A DNA stretch of 64,000 nucleotides from Prorocentrum cordatum (lineage: Eukaryota): the NCBI GenBank assembly GCA_963575745.1, contig CAUYUJ010000026.1, forward strand, positions 124,001-188,000, given 5' to 3'. Positions 48,785-58,343 of the stretch are shown here, one piece after another. How positions within the stretch are numbered: the first letter of the stretch is position 1; each line of letters opens with the position of its first letter. The position numbers were made by a program, and so were the translations under genes. The notes under the pieces were generated by a model. That model saw nothing but the letters and a program-made list of their open reading frames with translations, had not been told where the DNA came from and ran no database searches.

Positions 48785-51700
48785 CATACAAACATACATA
48801 TGCATATATACATGTATATATATATATATAACTCCAGAAAAAATGAGTTTGGCCTCTGCGGGCCTTCCTGGAGGACCTCTTGGAGGCCTCTGGGGCCTTC
48901 TTGGAGGCCTCTTGAGGGCCTCCTGGGCCCATCTAAGGACGTCTTGGGTGCATCTTGGGCCGTCTTGGGTGCATCTTTGGCCGTTTGGGAGGCATCTTGG
49001 GGCCATCTTCGCCGTCTTGGAGGCCATCTTGTCGTCTTGGAGGCCTCTTGGGGCCATCTTGGAGCCGTCTGGAACGGAAAAACCCTTTGCAACCACCTCT
49101 GAAAGATCTTTCGGCATCCTTCCTGGTGGCCGGCGGGACGCGCCGGAGCCCCAGGGGGAGTCCTTTTGGAAAAGGAGCAACAACCAAAACCGATAGGATT
49201 CGGCACGCCAGGCACCCCTGCGCTGAATCGACAGGGGGCGGCGGATCGAAGACGCCTACGGCGAATCACCGCCGCCCCCTGCTTTTTTGGAAGCGCCTAT
49301 GTGGCCGAACTTTGAGGCCAGACCTGCCAAGCTATAGGACTATGTGTTCCCCGAATCGGTTTGGAAAGCCTTCGGGGAACACGTGGGCATCTTGAAGGTC
49401 ATCTTGGCCGTCTGGAGGCCATTTTGACCCTTTCGGGCCTTCTTGGAGGACGTCTTGTCTTGGAGGTCTCTTGGACCGTCTTGGAGGCCATCTTGAGCGT
49501 CTTGGAGACATCTTGGGCCGTCTTGGGGGCCTCTTGGGGGCCTCTTGGGGCCGTGTCTTGGGCCTCTTGGGCGATCTTTGGGGGCACTTGGGCCGTCTCG
49601 CGCCGTCGGAAGGCAGAAAAAAAGCAAATGCCACAATCCTTCAAAAAGCCATGGAAGATCAATGATTTGGGCCTTTCGGGCCTGCCTGAAGGCCCTCTTG
49701 GAGGCCTCTTGGGCCGTCTTGGGCCATATTAGGGCCATGTTCAGCTGTCTTTGTGGGCTCCTGGTCCGTCGGAAGCCGTTTGGGGGGCCTCTATGGGCCG
49801 ACTTGGGGCCCTCTTGGAATGCTCCAGGGCCGTCTTGGAGGCCATCTTGGACGTCTTAAAGGCCTCCTGTGCCGTCTTGGGGGCCTCTTGGGGCCGTCTT
49901 GGGGGCCTCTTGGGCCGTTCTGGGGCCATCTTGGAGGCCTCTGGGGCGATCTTTCGGCGATCTTTGGGGGCTCTTGGGCCGTCTCGGGCCGTCGGAAGGT
50001 TGAAAAGAAGTAAATGTCAACATCCGTCAGAAACCTTAGGAATATCAATGTTTTTGGCCTCTTCTGGCCTTCCTGGAGGCCCTCTTGGGGGCCTCTTGGG
50101 CCGTCTTGGGCCAGCTTCGAGCCAATTTCGGCCATCTTGGTGGGTTCCTGGCACGTCTGACGCCGTCGGGAGCCGTCTTGGGAGCCTTTCTGGACCGACT
50201 GGGGGGCCCTCTTGGGGCGCTTCGGGGCCGTCTTGGAGGCCAGCTTCGAGCCAACTTCGGCCATCTTGGTGGGTTCCTGGCACGTGTGACGCCGTCGGGA
50301 GCCGTCTTGGGAGCCTTTCTGGGCCGACTGGGGGGCCCTCTTGGGGCGCTTCGGGGCCGTCTTGGAGGCCATCTTGGGCGTCTTGGAGGCCATCTTGGGC
50401 GTGTTGGAGGACTCTTGGGCTGTCTTCGGGCCCTCTTGGGGCCGTCTTGGAGGCCACTTGGGCCGGCATGGGGCCTCTTGGGGTCCTCTTGGGCGATCTC
50501 GGGGGCCTCTTGGGCCGTCTTGAGCAGGCGGAAGGCCGATACGAAGCAAATGCCAAAATCCTTCAAAAACCTGAAGACAATCAATGATTCCCCACATGTT
50601 TCGTGGGGTTCTGGTTTTTTCCCTGCCGCGCCGCACCCGCGTCTCAACTGCTCCTCCCTCCTCCCCTCCTCCGCTTGCTCGCAAAGCGTGGCAGGCGTGG
50701 CACATCCTTGACACCACAGGGGACGCGCTGGGGGTGGGGTCGCTATCCGTTTCGGGCTCGCAAAGCGTGGCAGGCGTGGCACATCCTCGACACCACAGGG
50801 GGCGCGCTGGGGGTGGGGTCGCTATCCGTTTCGGGCTCGCAAAGCGTGGCAGGCGTGGCACAACCTCGACACCACAGGTGGGCGCGCTCGGGGTGGGGTC
50901 GCTATCCGTTTCGGGCTCGCAAAGCGCGGCAGGCGTGGCACATCCTCGACACCACAGGTGGGCGCGCTCGGGGTGGGGTCGCTATCCGTTGCGGGCTCGC
51001 AAAGCGTGGCAGGCGTGGCACATCCTCGACACCACAGGGGGCGCGCTGGAGGTGGGGTCGCTATCCGTTTCGGGCTCGCAAAGCGTGGCAGGCGTGGCAC
51101 ATCCTCGACACCACAGGGGGCGCGCTGGGGGTGGGGTCGCTATCCGTTTCGGGCTCGCAAAGCGTGGCAGGCGTGGCGCATCCTCGACACCACAGAGGGC
51201 GCGCTGGGGATGGGGTCGCTATCCGTTTCGGGTTCGCAAAGCGTGGCAGGCGTGGCACATCCTCGACGCCACAAGTGGGCGCGCTGGGGGGGTTTCGGGT
51301 TCGCACAGCGTGGCAGGCGTCGCACATCCTCGACACCACAGGGGGCGCGCTGGGGGTGGGGTCGCTATCCGTTTCGGGCTCGCAAAGCGTGACAGGCGTG
51401 GCACATTCTCGACACCACAAGGGTCGCGCTGGGGGTGGGGTCGCAATCCGCTTCGGGCTCGCAAAGCGTGGCAGGCGTGGCACATCCTCGACACCACAGG
51501 GGGCGCGCTGGGGGTGGGGTCGCTATCCGTTTCGGGCTCGCAAAGCGTGGCAGGCGTGGCACATGTTCGACACCACAGGGGTCGCGCTGGCGGTGGGGTC
51601 GCTATCCGTTTCGGGCTCGCAAAGCGTGGCAGGCGTGGCACATTCTCGACGCCACAGGGGGTGCGCTGGGGGTGGGGGCCCTATGCGTTGCAGGCTCCCA

Positions 51701-54250
51701 GGGCGTGGCAGGCGTGGCATGTCCTCAACGCCACATGGGGTGCGCTGGGGGTGGGGGCTCTATGCGTTGCAGGCTCCCAGGGCGTGGCAGGCGTGGCATG
51801 TCCTCGACGGGGGCCTCTTGGGCCGTCTTGGGCCAGCTTCGAGCCAACTTCGGCCATCTTGGTGGGTTCCTGGTACGTCTGACGCCGTCGGGAGCCGTTT
51901 GGGTGGCCTTTCTGGGCCGACTGGGGGCCCTCTTGGGGCCCTTCGGGGCCGTCTTGGAGGCCATCTTGGGCGTCTTGGAGGCCATCTTTGGTGTGTTGGA
52001 GGTCTCTTGGGCCCTCTTGGGGCCGTCTTGGAGGCCACTTGGGCCGTCATGGGGCCCTCTTGGGGGCCTCTTTGGCGACCTTGGGTGCCTCTTGGGCCGT
52101 CTTGAGCAGTCGGAATGCCGAGAAGAAGCAAATTCCAAAATCCTTCAAAAACCTAGGAAACATAAATGATTTCGGCCTCTTCGGGCCCTCCTGGAGGACC
52201 TCTTGGAGGCCTCTTGGGCCGTCTGGGAGGCCTCTGGGGGGCCTCTTGGGCCGTCTTGGGCTGTCTTGGACTCTCTTGGGCCGTCTTGGAGGCCGTCTTG
52301 GACCATCTTGGGGGGACTTGGAGACCATCTTGGGCCATCTTCTAGGTTTTTTGAGGATGTCCTGGGCGAAACGGCAGTTTTTGGCGACGACAGACGGGTT
52401 TTCTGGGTGGCCCGAGCGAAACGGCCGTTTCAGGGAGGAGTGTTTGTGTACGTTGGGGTCCTGGGCAATCCTCCCGGGACTCCGGCGGGACGGGCCACAG
52501 CGCCAGGGGGAGTTCTTTTGTAAAAAGAACCAACACCAAAACCGAAAGGGTCCAGCACGCCAGGCACCCCTGCGATGCTGCGATGAATCGACAGGGGGCG
52601 GCAGATCTGGTGGCTTCGGCCCATCCCGCCACTGTGCCGGGGTTGAGGGTCAGAGTCCAAACAGATGCTTCTTGGGGTCTCTTCGGAGGGCTCTCGTGGG
52701 CCTCTGGCGGGAGCAGTTTCGAGGCCTCTTGGGAGCCTCTTGGGGGTCTCTCTGGTGCCTCCTGGGGCTTCCTGGGGGCCTCTTGGGGGCATCTTGTGGC
52801 CTCCTCGGGCTTTCTTGGGGGCCTCTAGTCTTGGGGCCGCACGCTCGAACTGCCCGATCGCGAGAGGGGGTTCTTTGAGTTTCACAAGCGATTGCTGGGG
52901 TCTGTTTGGGCCCCTCTTGGGGACCGCTTGGAGGCAGTTCCGAAGGCTCTTGGAGCCTCATGGGGGTCGTCTGAAGGCCTCATGGGGCTTTTGCTAGGCC
53001 CTTGGGGCATCTTGCCTGACTTGTGGGTCGTGGGTGGGAGTGGGGATTGTTCTGAGCCTCCTGGTGGCCTTTTGCCTGGGTCGTGGGTCATAGGTGAGAG
53101 ATCTCATGGGTGCTTCTTTGAGTAGTTTCGGATGGCGCTCGGGGGCTTCTGGGGGGCAGTCTTGAGGCCCCTTGAGAGTTTCTTGGGGGCCTCTTTGGTG
53201 CCTCCTGTTGCTTCCTGGGGGCCTCTTGGGGCCATCTTGTGGCCTCTTCGGGCTTTCTTGGGGGCCTCTAATGTTGGGGCCGCGCGCTCGAAATGCCCGT
53301 TCATGAGGGGGTTCTCTGAGTTTCAGTTCTCTCAGATGATTGTTGAGGTCTGTTGGGACCCCCCGAGGGACCGCTTGGAGACAGTTTCGAAGGCTCTTGG
53401 AGCCTCATGGGGGCCGTTTGAAGGCCTCATGAGCCTCATGGGGCTTCCGCTGGGCGCTTGGGTTGTGGGTCGTGTGTGAGAGTGGGGCTTATTCTGAGCC
53501 TGGCCTTTGGCCTGGGTCGTGGGTCGTGAGTCGTGGGTGAGAGTTCTCATGTGTGCTTCTTTGGGTATTTTCGGAGGGCTCTCGGGGGCTTCTGGGGGCG
53601 CAGTTGTGAGACCCCTCAAGACTCGGGGGCATCTCCAGTGCCTCCTGGAGCTTCTTGTGGGCCTCTTGGGGGCCTCTTGGGGCCTCTTCGGGCTTTCTCA
53701 GTGGCCTCTGAGGGCGTCCTTGGGGCGTCTTCGGGCCGCACGCTCGAAATGTCCTTGCGGGTTTCCCCACTGGAGCCTCTCGTGGGGGTGTCTTGGCTTA
53801 GGCTGCCTTGGGGGCCTCTTGGGCTCTCCTGGGGCCCCTTGGGCCGTTTTGGAGCTCCTGTTGGAGCCTCTGGAGCCATCTTTGGACGATCTTCGGGGCC
53901 GCTTGGGGCGATCTTGGATGTCTTCTGGACCTTCTTGGGCGCCGTGAAATCGCAAAAGGCGAATTTGATGAACATGTACGTTTCCCAAATGAAATGGCAC
54001 GACTTGTTGCTTCTCTGGGCCTTCTTGCGGATGCTCTTGGGAACTTCTTGAGGCGTCTTGTGGGCCCCTTGGGCCGTCTCGGGGCCACATCGGGTCGTCT
54101 TGAAGCTGTCTTGGACCGCCCCCGGGATCCGTGTAGCCATCTGAGGCAGTTCTGGAAACGATCTCGAGGGTTCGGGAGGTCGCCTGAGGCTGGCTGAGCA
54201 GCTGCCAGGAGCTCCCAGGAGCAACCGGGAAAATGGGCGTCGGGGCCCTT
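43560..54250 (+). repeat. Large array of GGCC(G/A)TCTTGG(A/G)-based modules with local duplications
   Basis: Dense 10-11-bp units; 145-bp tandem duplication at 47270-47559; ~0.8-kb duplication 47590-48420 versus 49226-50100; (TA)n at 48605-48830. Confidence 0.95.
50677..51808. repeat. 79-bp tandem satellite, ~14 copies
   Basis: GCTCGCAAAGCGTGGCAGGCGTGGCACATCCTCGACACCACAGGGGGCGCGCTGGGGGTGGGGTCGCTATCCGTTTCGG repeated. Confidence 0.97.
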
Positions 54251-54627
54251 ACGAACATTTCCCCCCTTCATCTGAGGGCTGCAGGGCTGCATGAGCCTTG
54301 GGGCACTCCACCACGTGCTGAAGGCACGGTGGCTGATAAGCATACATCGGAGTCTGGGTGGTAAGATCGCAGTGAAACGGAGAGCCCTTCACTATGAAAT
54401 CGGTTTCGGTTTAGTGTCGTGCGCGCGGGTGAGGCGGAGCTGCGTGAGCGGGCGAGAGGAATGATCCCGCCCTGACTAGGGCGAAACTGGGCTCAATGTC
54501 TCTCCTCCCCCCCGGTTGGCCGGCGGTGGCCTGGGGGTGTCCCGCCGGTATCCCGTGGTGTCCCATTGTGTCCGGTGGTGTCTCGTGGCGCGGTGACCCG
54601 CGGTGGCCTGTGGTGGCGCGTGGAGGT

Positions 54628-55040
54628 CGATTGGGATCGATAGTGAGATCGATAGTGAGATCGACAGTGAGTTCGGCGGTGAGGTTGACAGATAGTGGGA
54701 TCGCTCGATAGAGGGAGATCGATCGTGGAATCTATAGACGTGTTTGTCCGTGGTGTCCCGTGGTGTTTCGTCGTGGTGCCCTGCGGCCTTGTATGCTGTT
54801 CCGTGGTGCCCAGTGGTGTCTCGTGCCGATAGATGTATCGTAGGACTGGCGATGGCGGTGGTGGCGGTGGTGGCATTCACTTGCCCGCGATTGCGTTGAT
54901 GACGCAATCGCCGACTGATCGTGACATTGATAGGATGTGTCGCGAGATAGACCATGATATCGCTATGCAGATAGTGAGATCGATTGCGCGGTGGATAGCG
55001 AGACCCATAGATAGTTAGATTGGTAAATCGATAGTGGGTC
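54628..55040. repeat. GATCGATAGTGA-type low-complexity repeat
   Basis: Repeated (GA)TCGATAGTG(A/G)G units. Confidence 0.75.
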
Positions 55041-55252
55041 GCGATGGTGCCATTTATTTGCCTCAGCAGTGAGTTCAGGTGCTACGTCCAATGGCATTTC
55101 GATGGTATCCCGATGGTGTCCCGATGCTGCCCCAGTGGTGCCCCAGTGGTCCCACCAGCGTCGTCAGTACGTATCGTCGCCGCCTCGTACGCGCATCACC
55201 CGCATCGTCACCATCACAGTCGTCGCAGTTGCCACCAGCAGCCCCCCCCCCG

Positions 55253-55353
55253 ACACACACACAGACACAGACACAGACACAGACACAGACACAGACACAG
55301 ACACAGACACAGACACAGACACAGACACAGACACAGACACAGACACAGACACA
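55253..55353. repeat. (ACAGAC)n microsatellite ending immediately at a DinoSL
   Basis: About 15 perfect units, then ACA and the SL. Confidence 0.97.
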
Positions 55354-55375
55354 TCCGTAGCCATTTTGGCTCAAG
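55354..55375 (+). other. DinoSL perfect genomic copy 2, followed by a probable relict SL (CCATTCGGCTGAG)
   Basis: Exact 22-mer; the next 13 nt resemble CCATTTTGGCTCAAG. Confidence 0.97.
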
Positions 55376-55451
55376 CCATTCGGCTGAGCTGGCTGCGCCC
55401 GGCGCCGCTTCTCCGGGGCTTCCCGTGCCCTGCGCAACTTCGCCCGCCGGC

Positions 55452-56459
55452 ATGGAGCTGGAGGCACTGTTGTCCAGGTGCCCGGTGGCCGCCGCGGCCT
55501 TCGGCGCGGTGGCGGCGGCGCTGTGCGCGCCGAGCGCGCCCGGCCGCCAGGTGGCCATGGTGGCAGCCTCCGTGGTCCGCGCCGCTGGCACGACGCCCCA
55601 CGGAGCGCGTGGAGGTGAAGGCGTCCCGGTGTGTGGCGAGGGTGTCACGGCTGCGGCGCACATCAACATCCAGGAAGACCTCTTGCTGGCCGCGCAGGCG
55701 TCTTTGGGTCTGAAGCAGAGGCCAGGCGTATCGGACGTCAAGCGCGAGCTTCGGCGGAGAGGATGCAGCTCCTTAGCCTCGAAGTGCGGTCGGCTCTCGA
55801 AGCTGCGGGACACCGAGGCCCACATGGCGGCGAGCCTCCCGGCGGCGGTGGCGGCTGCGCTGATGGGCTCGCCTGTGTCGGGCGACCAGCAGCCCGGCTC
55901 GGTGGGCCGCTTGGTGCTTGACACGGTGTCCAGCGAGGAGTTCGCGACGGCCTCTGACTCCCAGCACGGCTCCTTGCCGCTGGAGAAGAAGCTGGTGTCG
56001 TCCCAGTCGCCGGCCTCGGACTTCCTGCACGACCCCGAGAAGCAGGAGGTAAAGTTGGAGGAGATCAAGTTGCTGGTCTCGGACGAGCAGTTCGTCAAGA
56101 GCGGCAGCGCCACGCCTACCGCTGCCTGCTTGGGCGGGCGCATGGGCGGGGCCAAGTTCCCTGTGGAGGCCGAGGCGCCGACGGAGGCCGCGCCGCCTAT
56201 GAAGCAGGCCTCAGCTATGGGAACCGCCGCGTACGACGAGGATGAGTTCCGTGAGGCGACCAAGGGCCTCAGCGAGCGCCAGTCCTTAGTCCTGGCCGTC
56301 GTCGACGGCATCGTGGAGGGCAATGTCGATGTGTCCCTGTCTGAAGTCCTCAGGCTGCTGGACGGCATGGGAGTGCTTCATGTGCCCCAGGGACCTCGTC
56401 TTGTCAGGGGCCGTGTCGCCCTCCTGCGGAAGCGTGGGCCTTCTGAGGTGCTCGTCTGA
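55452..56459 (+). CDS. Intronless hypothetical protein, 335 aa (ORF X)
   Basis: First ATG after the SL; open to TGA at 56459; GC3-rich codons; contains LASKCGRLSKLRDTEAH. Confidence 0.75.
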   Translation: MELEALLSRCPVAAAAFGAVAAALCAPSAPGRQVAMVAASVVRAAGTTPHGARGGEGVPVCGEGVTAAAHINIQEDLLLAAQASLGLKQRPGVSDVKRELRRRGCSSLASKCGRLSKLRDTEAHMAASLPAAVAAALMGSPVSGDQQPGSVGRLVLDTVSSEEFATASDSQHGSLPLEKKLVSSQSPASDFLHDPEKQEVKLEEIKLLVSDEQFVKSGSATPTAACLGGRMGGAKFPVEAEAPTEAAPPMKQASAMGTAAYDEDEFREATKGLSERQSLVLAVVDGIVEGNVDVSLSEVLRLLDGMGVLHVPQGPRLVRGRVALLRKRGPSEVLV

Positions 56460-56890
56460 ATGATTGCAGTTGATATGTTCGTCTTGTGAGGCCTTCTGTT
56501 CTGTGCAGTCTGCGCCCGCACGAGGTGGAGTGTCATGAAGTGATTCCCTCCTGTATTTGTACGGGTACGTGCCAGGCCGCCTCTCGTTGGTTTGCGCGGA
56601 TCCATCATGCAGTCGAGAATGTTGTCTTTATGTTTCAGCCTCCTGCTCTGCATTCTGTGCACATGCAGGAGTTGACCCGAGTCGGAGGTTGAGGGTTTGA
56701 CGTGTCGAGCGTGCTCTCGGGGCCGATGTGCCCTGGAGGTGTTGGTTCCGACGTCGTCGATGCGCTCTGGGCCGAAGCGCCCCTTTCGTGTCTTGGGAAG
56801 GCCCCTGTGGGCCGTGGCTTCTCAGTGAGGCCTTGGCCCACGGTGGGCTCCTTTTGCCTTTATAGGCCCCGCGTCGCAGACACAGACACA

Positions 56891-56912
56891 TCCGTAGCCA
56901 TTTTGGCTCAAG
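56891..56912 (+). other. DinoSL perfect genomic copy 3
   Basis: Exact 22-mer at the 5' end of LINE-b. Confidence 0.97.
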
Positions 56913-57073
56913 GCCATGGAGCACCCGACGACCGCGAGTCGTCCGCGGCGCTCTGAGCGCGAGGGGCTCTTCGCTTTGGGCCAGCTCACAAGTGATTTTT
57001 CTTCGTGCCGACAGCACGGGCCGCCAGGCCGCAGTTTTGGGCCGCGAGGCCACACGTCGGGGTCAGCCTTGCC

Positions 57074-58054
57074 ATGGTGGCGTACGGACAGGCAGCTGGA
57101 GGCCGCTCCTGGGCCAGCGTCGCGGCGTGCGGCAAGGCCAAGGGCAACTGGGGCTACTGGGTCTGCTCCAGCGGCCAGGGCAGGGAGTGGAACTGGTGCT
57201 CGCTCTGGAAGTGCCGCAGCTGCGGCCGAGTGGCCCCGCCTTGGGTCGAGGCAGCCCAGCCGCCCGCGGCTGCCGCTGGCCAGGAGCCGCCCGTCGCCGA
57301 CGCCGAGGGCTTCGTCGTCCAGCCCCGTGGGAGGAAGGCGAGGCGCCAGGCCAAGCGCACTGCTGCCCGCGCGGCCAGCGCTGGGGCCGCCAGTCTGGCA
57401 GGCGTCAGCGAGGCCAGCAGCGCGCAGCCGTCGGCCGTCGAGCGGCACCGCCAGGAGGTCAAGCGCATCGAGGACTTCCTCGCGGCCCCTGGCGGGTCCA
57501 TCGGCGATGGGTGCCTGCAGTCGCTGCGCGCGGCCCTCGACCGCGAGCGTCGCAGGCTCTCGGCAGCCGAGGCGGCGCTGGCGGGGCGCAGGAGGGCCGA
57601 CATCCCCCTGCCCAGGGCGCTCCACGGCGCAGGCAACGCCCCGGGGAAGCTGGTCAGGCAGGGGCGGGCCAAGGAGCAGGCGCTGCTCAAGGCAGAGGAG
57701 GCGCGCGAGGCCGCATGCGCTGAGGCGGTCGAGGAGTGCCGAGTTGCTCTCGAGGCTCACCGCGAGGGGCAGAGGGCCGCGGAGGCCAGGCAAGCCAAGG
57801 AGGTCGGCGCGGCCTTCGTCGGCACGGACTTGCTCGGGATGGTCTTCGGCCTCATCCAGCAGGTCGAGGCCTTGCCCCAGGGCTTCGCCGCGGGCAACGG
57901 GGAGGCCGCCTTCGCGGAGGTCGCCAAGCAGATCGCCGCGGCCCGCAGGCATGCACCCCCCGAGGCCAAGGGGCGCTCATCCTGGGCCGACACCCCCCTC
58001 GACGTCTCGGACGAGGACCTCGACGGAGATGAGGAGGAGCGGGTGCGTGCGTGA
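57074..58054 (+). CDS. LINE-b ORF1 (Cys finger + coiled coil)
   Basis: ATG at 57074; GYWVCSS...WNWCSLWKCRSCG; helical Ala/Glu/Arg-rich region; acidic C-terminus after SWAD. Confidence 0.8.
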   Translation: MVAYGQAAGGRSWASVAACGKAKGNWGYWVCSSGQGREWNWCSLWKCRSCGRVAPPWVEAAQPPAAAAGQEPPVADAEGFVVQPRGRKARRQAKRTAARAASAGAASLAGVSEASSAQPSAVERHRQEVKRIEDFLAAPGGSIGDGCLQSLRAALDRERRRLSAAEAALAGRRRADIPLPRALHGAGNAPGKLVRQGRAKEQALLKAEEAREAACAEAVEECRVALEAHREGQRAAEARQAKEVGAAFVGTDLLGMVFGLIQQVEALPQGFAAGNGEAAFAEVAKQIAAARRHAPPEAKGRSSWADTPLDVSDEDLDGDEEERVRA

Positions 58055-58343
58055 CGCGGCCGAGCGCGGCCAAGCTGCGCGGCGAGGAGAGGCGCACGGT
58101 GCGTGGCCCTCAGCCCAGCCGCTGGCTAGGGACCTGGCCAACGCTGGGGCAGCCCTCCTCGACGACCAGCCTTTGGCTACTACGGCTGCTGTGGGCCGCA
58201 GTCGGGTTTGACGTCGATTCGGCAGGCCCGTGTTCGGTTGACAGCAGGAGGGTCAGACGGCGCCTGAGCGAGAGCGGGGAGCCCAATGCCTTTCCCTGGG
58301 CCTGGGCAAGCCTGCGAGTGCGGCACCTGGCCGAGGGGGAGCG

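Larger units (their letters stand above)
55354..56876 (+). mobile_element. SL-headed 1.5-kb retroposed unit (retrogene or non-autonomous element)
   Basis: Starts at an SL, has an intronless ORF, is flanked by CAGACACAGACACA at 55340-55353 and 56877-56890, and shares a 3' motif with LINE-b. Confidence 0.75.

Noticed and set aside
50677..51808. CRISPR-like array
   Set aside because: Units are contiguous near-identical 79-mers with no unique spacers, no cas genes, and a eukaryotic context.
54130..54148. SL-like CCGTGTAGCCATCTGAGGC
   Set aside because: Only a partial match with an indel, and no downstream ORF.
43469..54343. Many overlapping 100-500-aa ORFs
   Set aside because: Translations of stop-poor tandem repeats with no domain signatures.
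33934..56912. SL RNA genes at the three SL copies
   Set aside because: None is followed by the GT donor of an SL RNA intron, their downstream sequences differ, and each leads into an ORF.
56916..58211. 431-aa Arg/Ser/Pro-rich ORF starting right after the SL
   Set aside because: Composition is that of a shifted frame of GC-rich ORF1; the frame starting at 57074 has the Cys finger and coiled coil.
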